Assembly: GCF_009834535.1 (NCBI RefSeq)
Contig: NC_045729.1
Coordinates: 16,368,001-16,432,000, forward strand
Direction: 5' to 3'
Source: Camelus ferus
Taxonomy: Eukaryota
DNA length: 64,000 nucleotides
Shown: positions 47,227 to 59,702 of the stretch, in pieces
Layout of the letters: each line of letters starts with the position of its first letter
How positions within the stretch are numbered: position 1 is the stretch's first letter
Position numbers and translations under genes: made by a program
The notes under the pieces: model-generated
Told to the model about the DNA's origin: nothing
What the model saw: only the letters and a program-made list of their open reading frames with translations
Databases searched by the model: none

Positions 47227-50200
47227 CTGCGGGTGGGGTGGATGAGGGTGGCAGTCAGGACACAGGGCGGATCAATCAGCACCAGCAGCCCCTGGGGCCA
47301 CGCCATCTCACAGGTGGGCAAACTGAGGCCAGGAAAGCGACACTAGACTGTCCTGACACTAGACTAGAAGCCCCTAGAGGCAGGAGTTCCATCTCACGTG
47401 TCAGTGTACTGCCAGTCCCTGGCACAGGCCCCACCAGGAGGGCGCTCACTTGTGAACACAGATTGGAAGAACCAAGCTTGAATTCGAACCCCAACCTCCC
47501 TGGAAAGGACGGGTCGGGCTGGAGGCGAGGAAGGAGCAGCTGTGGGAGGCGGCAGGCAGGGGCCACTCACTTGGAGGAGGTGCGGGAGGCCGTGGCGTGG
47601 GCATTCTTCATAGCTAGAGGGTAGGTGATGTTCCCATACTCTGACTCCCGGCCCTTCTGGGACTGTGGGAAGAGGTGTGGTGGGAGGGTGGTGGTCCCAG
47701 CGGCACCAGGCAATGCCCACTGCCCACCGCGGCCCTGTAAGGCCCTGCTCTGCCCGCACCTGCATGACTTCCAGCTTCTTCTTGGTGGTTTCAATGAACT
47801 GGGCGATGGCCACGTAGATGAACTTGTACTGCGCCTCCGTCTGCACCATGCCTGAGCGCTGGGCCCGCACCATCTGGATCGTCTTCTGGATGTCAATGTC
47901 ACAGTCCAGGCCTGGCGGAGGTGGCAGCAGGATGTCAGGCCCCGGCATAGGTGGACACGGTGGCAGGGCTGCTCACCCACCCGCCCCTGCGTCCCCCAGA
48001 GGTCACCCTCACCTTTGGTGGAGATGCTCTCCATAAGCATGTCGATGACGATAATGGTGCCTGTGCGTCCAATGCCGGCGCTGGGGAGAGAAGGGGCACC
48101 GCCGTCAGAGGCCTCGCCCGCACCTCCACCTCGTGGGAAGGTAAGGGGGAGCCCAGTGCTCAGTGCCAACCAGGGTGGGGCTTAAGGAACCGAGGCTGCA
48201 GTGAGATGAGATGCAGGAACCAGGTCACTGGGCAGGCAAGCAGGGCAGAAGTTTGCCCAACTCTGCAGGTCACATCAGCCAAGGGATCTGAGGTGGGGGG
48301 GGAGGGCCTGCCTCTCAAGTGCTTAGACACTGCCCCCCAAACACCCATCACTTTCCTCCTTCCCAGCACCCAGCTCCCCCACTACTGCCTGCTTCCACAC
48401 CTCCTCTGCTCCCCAACCGGGAGATCCAGGACCCCGTCCCACCTCTGTCTGGCCTGCTCCCCAGGCACTCTGGGCCTCCCCAGCCTGAGCGAGGCTTCCC
48501 TCCCGGAATTGAGAGGTCTCTTCTGCAAGGCTCCGTTTCCCTTTTTCTTCAGACCCTGACGGCGGGCGTGCAAGGGCAACCCGGAGACAGCAGTGCACGG
48601 GGCCACTGGGCTCAGGAAACTTGGGGGAGCAGTGCAGTAGGAAGTCTCCCTTCTCCCCACTTTCTGCCGCCACCCTTGGGCAAGCAGACCCCAGGAGCCT
48701 CAGGACCCCACATAGAACCCAGTCCCACCCCATCGGCGGCTGGGCCTGTCAGGCCAATGCCCTGAGTCGCACTGTCTAATTTCAAACCCAGATTGTCAAA
48801 AATAACCCCCCTCACCCACTTCCTTCCTGTAATGTCTAAATAAAGGCCATGGGGATTTCAAGAAATGGGGTGGGGGGGGCACGGGCAACAGGATGGTTCT
48901 TGGCAATGGGCCTGCCCCAGGAGGCAGAGTCCCTGAGACAGCATGTGGGGGCACCACCAGACTCAGCCCACACAGCCCTGCCCCAGGACACACAGTGGAA
49001 AGAAGGAGGAAGTCCCAGCCCTCACTGCCTGGAGTCACACGGAGAGAGCTGGAAGGGAAAAGGACCAGGCAGATTCCCATTTCCCATTCCCCACCTGCAG
49101 TGAGATAGTCAAGCACTAACAGCTCCCTTCTCAAGGGTTTACTGTGTGCCAAACCCAGTGAGGGGGGTCTCACCTAATCTAATCTTCACAGCAATCCTAG
49201 GAGATCCTGATTTTACAGATGAGGAATATGAGAGTCAGAGAAGCGAAGTAATTTGTCCAAGATCACACAGCCAGTGAGTGGAGGAGCTGGTATTTAAAAA
49301 GGCAGCCTCTGTCCAGGACCCTGTGCCCGCTGTCTCCCACCCACCCAGGCCAGACCGAGCTGGGCAGCCCCATCTGCGGGACTCTTACCCTCAGGCCTGA
49401 TGGGATCCCTGCTTCTCCCTGCTGGCCCCTCAACTCCCCACTCTAACAGGAACAGGGTCTCCTGGTCATGAACGCGAGGGTCCCCAGTGGAGCTAGTGAT
49501 GCTTGTGCCCCTCCTGATACATCCCCCCTCCCTGCGCAACCCTGGGGCCGAGCTGGGGGCACTGGTGGGAAGAGAGACACGGAGCAGCAGTGAGGAAGCC
49601 TCAGCCTCCCGCCCAGGGCTACAGGTGGAGAAGAGAACAAATGGGGAGCCACACCAACCCCAAGAGGAAACCCCAGCTGGGTAGGCATGTGTGAGAAAAC
49701 AGGAGTGAGCAGGATCTGGGTCTACCGTCCAGGCTCCCCCACCGACCAGCAGTGACCTGGCAAGAGGCTGGGCCCATTTCCGAGTCTGTATTTGGCAGGG
49801 GTGGACTAGATGGTACATCCAGGGAAGTCTGAGAAGCTACCCCCAGACACAGGATCACAGTGGGCTCGGTTCAAGCTAAGCTCCACCCGTGGGTCGGAGC
49901 CATCAAGGAACCCAGAAGAGGTGGGGGCCAGGGGAGGTATTAAGTATGTGAATTTCACACTTGTTTGCAGTTTTCTGTAATGTGAATTACAATAGGGCAT
50001 GGCACTTACTGAGCCGTATTCACTTGCCAGCTACTACTTAGATTATTATTACTAATGTCATTATTATTATTATTCTCACCTGCAGTGCACAATGATGGGT
50101 CCTGCGTGAGGCAGACTTTCCTGCCGCTGGTTGATCTGGTCCAAGAAGCTGAGGACACCCCCAGGCTCGCTGGGGACCCCATGGTCAGGCCAGCTCAGAT

Positions 50201-53200
50201 ACTGGTAGTGCCAGATCTCCCGAACCAGGTCCCCCTGGGCCAAGTACGTAGGGTTAGTATCCCCTGCTCCCATACATGACCTCATTCTACCAAACCGAAG
50301 AGAAGAGGTGTAAGGAGGGCCCTGGGCCAGGGGCAGGGGTGGGGGCCACTCACATTGTCCAGCGGGGAGACCTGTAAGGTGCGGAGTTTGTACTCAGCTG
50401 TGTCGTGTTCCCCACAGTTGGTTACAGCATAGGGTCCATAAACACCCTGAGAGCCCACCTCTGGCCAGTATGGGACACATTTGTTCTGAAAAGGGAGGGT
50501 GGAGGTGGGGACTGAGGCACCGAAGCAGGACCTGCGCCCCTGGTGCAGGCCCCATCAGCATCTGATGGATGAATGGGTGAACTGGCTTAGGAGCTAGCCT
50601 GGGCTCAGCCTGCTACAGGCAGCAAGACCTGCACCTGAAGAGAAGCAGGCTGGAGTCACAAATACCAACAAGGTGCCGCCGGTGCACCTGTGCCGCCAGG
50701 AGCACAGAGAAAGACAGGGGAGCAGGGAACCAGAGCCACTGAGGAGCCTTGTGGAGGGAGAGACTAACTCTCCCTCAAGGCAATGGAAGAAATCAGGAGT
50801 GGCTTCACAGAGGAGGGAGCATCTGAGCTGGGTCTTGGAAAATGAGGAGTCTGCCAGGCAGAGATAGTGCAGGGAGAGGAAGTCATCTCCTAGCAGAAAT
50901 GAGCTCGGGCAGAGGTACGGAAACCTGAAGGGGCCTGGCTGGTTGGAGGCGGCGAGGGCTGGAGGGCAGCCACCAGGCCATAGTGCTGGGTCTGGGAGTG
51001 TGGGAGACACTGAAGTGTTTTCAGAGGGGGCAGCCTGCTGGCAAAGTGATAGCTGGGCGGTGGGGGAGGAGGAGGAGCTGACTTCAGAGAGATTTATGAG
51101 GCCCCAGGGACAGGAGGGGCTGCTGCCTGGAGGGGCACGGGTGGGGGCAGGGCAGGGGGACACTTTAAGGAGAGAAGCCACTGGACACCTGGGCCTGGTG
51201 GTCAGGTGAGCCCAAGGTGGGAATCAGGGATCCAGAAGTCAGCGTGTACCCAGACCTGATTCTTCAGTGTCCCAATAAGATAGGACCCTTGCCCTCTGAG
51301 GTGCCCCAAGTTTCTTTGGCTTAATGGCAGTGGCCAAGCAGTGCTAGGGGTGGGGCGGCGTGGGGCTCGGCTTACCCGGCCCTTCTCCACCTCCCGGGTG
51401 GTCATGACGATGACGCGGGTGTTCTCCTGCCAGACCATCTGCCAGAAGTCGTTGACCGTGGCCTCCAGGCAGCCCTGGCTGGCGATGTAGGTCTTAGCGT
51501 TCTCATCGGGGCCTAGCAGCTGGTTCTGGGTGCGAGGACAGGGACACACAGGACTGTGGGCCTCTTGCACTCCCGCCACCCTCACCCCCACCCAAGGTGC
51601 CAGCATGAGTTTTGTCCACATGTCTCTGGGCCCAGCACCCCTATGAGTGGGGTCCAGGAGCTCAGCCTCCCTCCCAAGTGACCGGCGGGCACACCAGACC
51701 TTGACGTAGTTGGCATTGATGTAGTCAGACCCAGGGATATTACTGTTGCGTCCCTGCAGGATCACTCGGCTGTGGTCGACTGGGGGTGGGCAGAGAGGAC
51801 GAGAGAAGGGCCTGGGTCAAACCCTTCCTGAGCTCCCAGGCAATTCCTGCCCAGATGCCTTGCGCTCTCAGAGCAGGTGGGCCGGCAGGGGTGGGGCATC
51901 TGTATGGGGCTGGGGTGGGATGCAGGAGGCTTCATTGGGAGCAGAGGCTTTTTGGAGGAGGGGAGGTTCTGTTGGGGTGGGGAGTGGGTCCCTCCTTGAG
52001 CTGAGGTTAGAGACCTTATGAGATGGGAGAGGTCGGCTGGGGGAAGGGGGTCTCCTGGGTGAATAGACGCTGCCTGGTGGGGGAGGGCTGGAGGCTGCCC
52101 CGGGGAAGGCACTCACATGGAAGGATGTTCTTGTATCGGTTCTTGCTCTTGTTTTCCGGTCGCTGCCCTTCTAGCCGCTGGTGCAAGTTCTTCACCTCCT
52201 GCTTCTGCAGACTCTGAGGGGTGAGAGGGGGAAATGGAGCACCAGCCCCTGCAGAGGGGTGACTACAGGGGGAGAGGACTTGGGCAGATCAGTGTGAGGG
52301 GTGGGGAGAGAGGGGACAGGGTCTGCTCCGGGCCCCACCCACTGTGTCCTGTGGGTCCCCATCCCGCACCTCAAACTCCTCCCAGAAGCCGGCCTTCGCT
52401 GTGTCCTCTGACTCCTGCTTCTTGTTCAGTTCCAACACCCGATTCTCAATGTCAGCCGCATTCACCCTCGTGGCGTAGTATGGCTGGGGCATGGGAGGGT
52501 GAGAAGTCAGCTGCTTTCTGGTCTCAGAAGCTCACACGTCTCCTTTCGGGGAACGAAGGCGGCAGCCAGGCCCACCCCTCACCTGCCGCAGGTAGACGAA
52601 GGCGCCCGAGGCCTCCTCAATCCCCGTCTTCTTGAAATGCTCCACCAGGTCCGTGAGGCTGTCAAAGGTCTCTGAACCACCCACCGTGTAGCGGCCACCC
52701 TGAGTGGGGTCAAGTCAGGCCACCTCTCAGGACCCAAATTGCCCTCCCTGGACCCTCAGCCTCCCACCGAAGCCCAGGCTGACCCTCCCCACGGCCCATG
52801 CTGTGGGCACAGAGGCTCCCAACAGGACCTCCACGCTGCCTGGATGCCTTACCTCACACATGACCTTGATGTGGGTGACTCTGAGTGGGGAGCCGGGGCC
52901 AGCCTTGGGCTGGTCGCTGAGCACAGACAGCACAAAATCTCCAGGCTGGCTGAGGCTCTCACGCACGAGGAATGTCCAGGGCTCACCCTTGGCCTGCAGC
53001 AGTGTCTCTGCCTGCCCCCCAGACATGTGGCCATGGTACCACCTAGAGAAGGCAGCATCCAGAAGGTGAGATCTAGGCCAGGGGCAGGCACTGGGCAGAC
53101 GTTAACAGAGAGGGCAAGGAAATCCGGTCCCCGCCATGTGCAGGCCCCATGCTAGATGTTTCCAAATCCACCACCGTATGTCGGCCCATGACTCTCACAA

Positions 53201-56140
53201 AAATGCTGAGAGGTAGGTACTACCCATTTTGCAGATGAAGAAACTGAGGCTGGGTGATTGCACATTAACCCAAAGCCCTTGTTGATATGAGGCAAAGCTC
53301 AGGAGTTCTAACCTGGTCCACCTCTGAAAGTTTAAGACAAAGGTAGAAAGGTGGGCCAGATCCAGAATATTTGGAGGGCAGAAACCCAGGAAGGGTCTCC
53401 ATGAAAGACAGGGCTGGGCTAGGGAAAGAGAAACGCAGACAGAGGCCAAACCACAGAGAGTGATGGGGATGGAGAGACGGAAGTCACAAGGGAGGCGCAA
53501 TGGGGAGAAGTCCCCCCGGGGGGCAGAGAAGGCAGACAACCCCCCTCTGGGTAAAGAGTGGTGTAGGGGCTCTGGGGTGCCCAGGATGATGTCACTCAAG
53601 GGGACGCTGGGGCTCAGAGGGGCTCAGTGGGGCTCAGATGGGCAGAAAGCAGAACTAGGACCTTTCCCCAAAGCACACCCCCTTCCCAGGAGGAAACTGT
53701 AGCCCCACAATGCCCAGCCCCACAGGAAACCACGTGATGGAAAAAACACAAAACTCCTTCTGGGGAGAGAGTGAGAAGTGAGGTTGAGAGGTTTCCTCAG
53801 CCCAAGGACCAGGGGAAGGGGGGCATTTTCCAACCGCAGGAATGGGGGGAAGGAGGGAGGGGGCCAGTCTGTCCCGCCCCAACTCACTCCTGCCCAGAGG
53901 AGACTGCAGCTCAGAGACCTCCAGGGTCTCCCACCCTGTCCAGGAGCCCCCCTCCGAGCCACCCCATCCCACTACCCAGGGGTAGGCCAAGGCTCCCCCT
54001 GCCTTGGGCAATGGGGAGGGGGCTAACCCTCTTCCCCCAGGCCCCAGGATGAGGAAGTCTCCATGCAAATGTCAGGCTGACCACAGGCAGAGAGCTAGCC
54101 ATTGAGAGGACAAATGCAAATTCCTGCAGAGGAGAAGGGCCCACTGCCAAGGCCAAGAACACAAGTGGAGGTTTGGAGAAAGAGCCTTCCCCACACACTC
54201 CTAGGGTCAGGGGTGAGCCCTGGCCTCCTGGCGTGGGTAACCCAAAGGGCCTCTTGGAGTCACTGTCACTTCCCTAGTCTGCATTCCCTCTGTCCTTGAC
54301 CTCTCCCAGCCCCAGTCAGAGCACAGGCCTCAGGCTCTTCCCCAGGGGGTCTGCTCAGCTCAAGCCTCTTCCAGCTCCATCCACAACCTGCTCCTCCTGT
54401 ACGGGGTCTCAGGTAACCCATCCTCCTCCAGCAGCCAGCAGAGCAGATCCTGACTGTGGACAAGGAGGAGGCAAGGCCACGAGGAGTTTAAGAGGGTCTG
54501 GGTGGGAAATCCCTGTGAATGTTGCAGGGGGGCTGCAGGAAAGGGGCCAGAGGGGTCAGACACCAAGGAAGTACAGCCACCAGCAAGGTCATCAATATGG
54601 CTTCCCTCCTAGAAGAGGAGGCTTCATGTCCACTGGAAAGAGGTCTCCAGGGGTGGGCCTCTTAGCCTTTATTCAGCCGCCATCCAGTTCTAAGTTTCCA
54701 TCAGTGACTTGAATGAAAGTATTGATGCAAGTTGGGAGGCATGCATCTCAGAAAGATTGAAAACTGACAGAATCAAGGTTCGGAATCCTTTCAATAAGCA
54801 ATACACAACTAGCGGACAAGGGCAAGTTGGTTTGGCCCCAGGAGTGTGCGGAAAAAAAAAGTTATTCACCTTCCCCCTTTATAGGGGCTGCTAAAATGAG
54901 CCTCGGTGTAAGGCTGAGTATGTGCCCACCCCCGGCCTGTGCACAGGGGAGACCACATGGGAAGTAGCTAGCCCGATCCTGGGGACCTCATCTTTGGAGC
55001 TAAAAAGATGGTAGGGAAATGAGTGTTACCCTGCATCCAGGTTCTAGGCCCCTTACACATGTGACCCTATCACACAGTTTTCAATGGTCTGTGTTCTGGT
55101 CAAGGGACTGGTCCAGCTCTACTCAGCCCCAGAGGGCAGACCCACCCCCACAGGGTTGCTGAGCACAGGCACTAAGTATCCCTATGTTCCTCCTCAACAC
55201 CAGCCTCTCACTCTCTTAACCGGTATTGGGGAAGGGAACAGTCACAGGAAGGGAGATTCTGGTCCATGGGAGGAAGAAGAGCTTTCTAACAACAGAGCTG
55301 GCCTGCTAGGAAACGTGGCCACGAGGAGTGGCCCTGTCACTAGTAGGGCCTGGGCTGCCGGCCGAAAGGGACCCTGCAGAAAGGCGAGATGACCTTCTGT
55401 TCCTCAGGGGTTGATGGGCCCCAGGATCACAGAGAAGAAGGAGGCCCGCTGAGCCCCGAGAAGGAGCAGAGATGGGGAGGCAGGGGCAGCCGGGTCGAGG
55501 CCAGGCCCCCTCGACGGGTGGCCGGCCAGGGTGCACAGCCCCTCACCTCTCGCTGGTGGGGTCCGAGCAGTTCAGCGGGTATTTGAGGTGGATGATGGTG
55601 CCGTCGCGGTCCTGCAAGACGCCCTGCTGCTGCGTGTAGTACTCCACCAGCTCCGTCAGCGTCGCAAACTTCTCCCCTCCATACAGGTCGTAGAAATCCC
55701 CCGAGTTCTGGATCCGAATGTGGGTCACCTGATCCCCCACCCTGCAGGGCGTCAAGCAGGGAGGCCAGTGGGTGCGAGAGCCGAGGTGGGGCCAGGGTGG
55801 GGGATGGGCAGGGGTCCCGAGTGAGCGTGGAGCGCAGGCAGGGATGGGCGGACACATACAGGGCCTGGGGAACCAGAAGGGGCTGCCAAGTCCTGGCTCC
55901 CGCTGGAGCTGAGGCCCACCTACCTGACGGACAGGGAGAAGTCGCCCTGGTTCTTGCGACTGGGCCGAGCCAGGAAGCTCCCGTGGACCCCGCGGCCCTT
56001 GAGCAGGGTCTCGGCATCCAGCCCACTGAGGTCTCGGTGGAACCACCTGGGGGGCCGGGAAGGCAGTGAGGGGAGGTCCCCTGGGCCCTGGGGCACCTTG
56101 CCTCCTGCCTATGGTGGATCCCAGGCCCTTACCTCACCAT
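47112..56140 (-). CDS. PTPN6: Tyrosine phosphatase SHP-1, haematopoietic-start isoform, whole spliced CDS span, 595 aa
   Basis: complement join(56133-56140,55924-56046,55547-55741,52853-53042,52583-52699,52370-52483,52117-52213,51700-51779,51376-51525,50354-50485,50080-50234,48013-48080,47760-47911,47571-47662,47112-47226) = 1788 nt; two SH2 domains, [24 protein letters not shown]. Confidence 0.97.
47571..47662 (-). CDS. PTPN6: PTPN6 exon (C-terminal tail, Y536)
   Basis: [30 protein letters not shown]. Confidence 0.95.
47760..47911 (-). CDS. PTPN6: PTPN6 exon (Q-loop)
   Basis: [31 protein letters not shown]...EVMQ. Confidence 0.96.
48013..48080 (-). CDS. PTPN6: PTPN6 exon (P-loop)
   Basis: [23 protein letters not shown]. 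Confidence 0.96.
49110..49310 (-). mobile_element. MIR SINE (one of many in the window)
   Basis: attttacagatgaggaa...gtccaagatcacacagccagtgagtggaggagctgg. Confidence 0.7.
50041..50074. repeat. Imperfect (TTA)n microsatellite beside a PTPN6 donor
   Basis: gattattattactaatgtcattattattattatt. Confidence 0.8.
50080..50234 (-). CDS. PTPN6: PTPN6 exon (WPD loop, catalytic Cys)
   Basis: [19 protein letters not shown]...PIIVHC. Confidence 0.96.
50354..50485 (-). CDS. PTPN6: PTPN6 exon
   Basis: [11 protein letters not shown]...LQVSPLDN. Confidence 0.96.
51376..51525 (-). CDS. PTPN6: PTPN6 exon
   Basis: [20 protein letters not shown]...EVEKGR. Confidence 0.96.
51700..51779 (-). CDS. PTPN6: PTPN6 exon
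   Basis: [27 protein letters not shown]. Confidence 0.96.
52117..52213 (-). CDS. PTPN6: PTPN6 exon
   Basis: [32 protein letters not shown]. Confidence 0.96.
52370..52483 (-). CDS. PTPN6: PTPN6 exon
   Basis: [16 protein letters not shown]...AGFWEEFE. Confidence 0.96.
52583..52699 (-). CDS. PTPN6: PTPN6 exon, C-SH2 part 2
   Basis: [39 protein letters not shown]. Confidence 0.96.
52853..53042 (-). CDS. PTPN6: PTPN6 exon, C-SH2 part 1
   Basis: [29 protein letters not shown]...KVMCE. Confidence 0.96.
55547..55741 (-). CDS. PTPN6: PTPN6 exon, N-SH2 part 2
   Basis: [25 protein letters not shown]...CSDPTSE. Confidence 0.96.
55924..56046 (-). CDS. PTPN6: PTPN6 exon, N-SH2 part 1
   Basis: [40 protein letters not shown]. 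Confidence 0.96.
56133..56140 (-). CDS. PTPN6: PTPN6 proximal (haematopoietic promoter) first coding exon, MVR
   Basis: aggATGGTGAG|gtaagg. Confidence 0.92.
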
Positions 56141-56268
56141 CCTGGGGGGGGGGGTGTCCCCGGAGCGGGGGAGGGGATGCAGGCAGCAGCGGGTGCCGCT
56201 GAGTCTGGGCAGGCCGAGAACGCTGGGGCAAAGCCTGCGGGCTCGCAGCGCCCAGGCCACCTCGCCGC

Positions 56269-56400
56269 NNNNNNNNNNNNNNNNNNNNNNNNNNNNNNNN
56301 NNNNNNNNNNNNNNNNNNNNNNNNNNNNNNNNNNNNNNNNNNNNNNNNNNNNNNNNNNNNNNNNNNNNNNNNNNNNNNNNNNNNNNNNNNNNNNNNNNNN
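56269..56400. other. Assembly gap (132 N) in the PTPN6 proximal promoter/5' UTR
   Basis: Run of N. Confidence 0.99.
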
Positions 56401-57795
56401 CAGAGCCGGGTGGCAGTGGGGGTGGGGACGGGGCCCACTTCCCACACGTCTGCCATCAAAGGCCTCAGGAGCCTGGCACTGGCACCTCACACCCGGGACG
56501 GGACAGCGTCTCACGAACAAGGACTCTGGTGCGCCTCGCCCACTCCGGGAGACGATCACGCTTGTACTGTGAACCCACACGGTCACATGCCATCTCTGCC
56601 TGCTCCACCAGCTGTGTCCACACAGCCTTCTCTGGTCCAAGCCAGTAATAATGGTGATGGTGACATCTATCATTAGTGGAGTGTGACTGTTTACCAGGCA
56701 CCATGCTTACGTTGTTTATGGCCCTTATCTGACCCGTTCCTCAAAGTAGCCCTATGTAGCAGGTGGCTTCATTATCCCCACTTTCCAGACAAGGAACCTG
56801 AGGCTCAGGGAGGGTTGGGAACTCGCCCGGGGTCACACAGTCAGTAAGTGGTAGCGACGGGATGAAAACCAGACGGTCTGGTTCCAAAGCCAGTGATTTT
56901 AGCTACTGTATGCTAGGCCTCCGGGCTTCAGAGAATAGAGGTTGGGAGACTTCAACTGGGGCTGCAGTGGGAGGAAGATTCCCTGATTTTCAAGCCAATG
57001 CAGACGCCCACAGAGGGACAGGTGCCCTCCACCCCCGACACATACATCTGAAGAGGTGCCCAGGGGCAGAGGGATGACCCCTGAGCAGCCCTGTCCAGCT
57101 GGCATCTCCTCTGCCTCTCATCCTCAGGCTTTGCCTGCCCCCCACCCCTGCCCCAACCCTGCAGTTGGGTGAGGAAAGGAATTGGAGGGGGGAAAGCAGA
57201 CCTAGGGAAGCAGGTGGGAGCAGAGCCGCCAGCCCCTGTGGGTGCATCCATCCTAGGCCTGAGCTGTAGGTTCTTGCCAAGGGGTCTGGTCTGAATTGGC
57301 CAAAGCCCTGGACTCTGACCTGGGGCCTGTCTCCTAGGGCTGGGGGCCCAGGCCCTGCCGTGGCTTATTCTCAGGGCTGGTTGGCCTGGAGAAGCCCTAA
57401 ATACTAAAAGCTCATGATACTTCCAGTAATTCCAAATGCAAACACAAGCACCACCAAACCAAAGCAGGAGGAAAGAAGCCCAACCAAAGACTGACGAGAA
57501 ACTCCTGCAGCTGGCTTCCCTAGGGCAGGGGGCTGGGTGGCCGGAGGAGAGGGCTGGGAGGGACAGTTCCCTTCTCCTCTCCACCTTTCTGAAGGTTATA
57601 TTATGGGCATGCATTGCCTTTATAAAAATAAAGAAACTAGGAGATGGCAATTTCTGGGACACTTCTTGGGGCTGGGAATGCTCTACGTCGTGATCGGGGT
57701 GGTGCTATACACGGATGTCAGTGAATGCGATGATCACCAGACTGTATGCTCAATATTCACATGTACGCTATGCCTCAGAAAAAATAAGGAAAAGT

Positions 57796-57885
57796 AGGAG
57801 GTGCGTATAGCTCGATGGTAGAGTGCATGCTTAGCATGGTTCAATCCCCAGTACCTCCATTAAAAAAAAAAAAGAGAGAGAGAGA
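57796..57885 (+). mobile_element. tRNA-derived SINE, internally deleted
   Basis: gtatagctcgatggtagagtgcatgcttagcatggttcaatccccagtacctcc plus A tail. Confidence 0.8.
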
Positions 57886-59702
57886 AAATAAATAACAAAA
57901 TGTTCAAGCCCAGCAGAAGTCTATTTTTCTTATAATGACTTTATCATTTTTTTGAAACATCAAACATCAATTTCCCTGCCCCCAAAAAGGGCTACATTCT
58001 CTCCCTCTTTCTGGTGCCCTGGGGACATTGCTTGGTCTGTTTATTGCACACTGACTACCTTCAGCCTTGGACAGCTGCCCTGAAAGACCATGAACTCCCT
58101 CCCACAGCAGGGGGCAGGAAGAGTGTGGGCCTCTACCACAGTGGGGTCCACCACCAGTCTGGCTCACCTCCAAGTTGTCAGATTTTAGCACGATGACACA
58201 CACAGAGTATATGTCCAATAAACAAGCTCCTAAGTCCCCATGCACATACATGGTCACAAGCCCAGCCCGGCCCTGCATGTCCACACCCTGTTTGTCAAAT
58301 ACACACACATGCACACACAAGCATCACTTATGCACACACAGTCCCACCACATACACCTCATCATCCATGTCCATCTACACACAGACCTGCAAATAACCAC
58401 ACGTGGCCCCAGCATCCCAACCACACATGAAGTTGCAGATCCATGCTCGGCACTAAACACCCGCTGCACCCTGGCCACAGGCCACTCTCCTTCTGGGGCT
58501 GAAACCACTCAGTGGGGAGAAATTAATAGCCATCCAGAAACTCCTGACCATGATAGAGGCAGGAATTCCTCTGAAAGACGTCAAGCCAGAAGATGAACAC
58601 TAAGGTGTACAGTCTCTGCTGTCCCTTGTCGGGAAAATAAATAATAACCATGACACACAGGGTCTGGAGTTCGCAGAGCACGTGCACACACACAATCCCA
58701 TCTGGGCCTTGAACATCCCTGTGATGTGGGAGTCACGTTCCCGATTCCTTTTTTAAGGGAAAGAAAACAGGCTCGAGGAAGCTGAGAGTTGCAAAAATAA
58801 GTGTCTACTAATTCAGAAGAGAAAATCCTTCACCTGGGAAGCAAGGAAATAAAGGGAGAGGTGGAGCTCAATGATGATGTGGAAAGACAGGCAGTCTGGA
58901 AGCACAAAGTGAAATAATCGCTGGAAAGTTACTGAAGTTCTCCAAGCCTCAGGATCCCTACCTGATAAATGGGCTTAACAAGATTGCCCAAATGCTGCCA
59001 TAAAAAGCTAATAGAAAATAGACTTTCAGCACAAACAGCTTTCATGTGATGTTATTAATCCACATGCCAACCCTATTTTGTACGTCTTGCTAGCCCAATT
59101 TTAGAAACAAAAACTAAGGCTCAGAGAAGTTACTTGCCCAAGGTCACAAGCTAGTGAGTGGGAAGACGACAAACCAAGGCTGTGTGACACCAGAGTCTAC
59201 TGCCCTTCCCACCACACCACCTGCTGCTGGAGGAAGAGGTGGGCCTGGCGCTCAGCCCACAACGGAGGCCAGAGGGGCTGGTGCTCTGGCAGACCCAACA
59301 TTGGCCAGGGCACCCAGGTGGCAGGCCCAGGATGCTCTGAGCAGAGCACTGTGGCAGAGCTGAGCTGCTGAGAGGCTGGGAACCATGGCAGAGGGTCTCA
59401 CAGGGCCCAGCTGAGCAACCCAGGAAGGATTCTGTACCAAGAGAGGCCTGGCCAACTGTCTGGCAGGAAAATGATGGAGGCAGGTGTGTGGAAGGGATCA
59501 GAGACCAGAAGACTGGCTGAGAACCTGGTCATCAGGGCTGAAGGAAAAAACCCGTGCACCCCTGGGGGAGGTAGGGCACACGGAAAGGAGGGGCAGGTGT
59601 GAGAGTGAGAAGCAAGGACCTGAGGATTTGAGGGCGACCAACCTTCCAACTCACGAACCCACCAAGCTGGTCCTCACTGGAATATCCAAACTCCAGCAAG
59701 GC

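Noticed and set aside
43494-47245. Long ORFs of 174-250 aa between PHB2 and PTPN6
   Set aside because: Pro/Gly/Arg/Ser-rich, no domain motifs; expected from stop-poor GC-rich DNA; several overlap miRNA hairpins or the PTPN6 3' end.
58863-58943. C/D-box-like unit (ATGATGA 58871-58877, CTGA 58932-58935, short terminal stem)
   Set aside because: On the + strand, antisense to PTPN6, so it has no host intron; no recognisable rRNA or snRNA complement; such motifs occur by chance.
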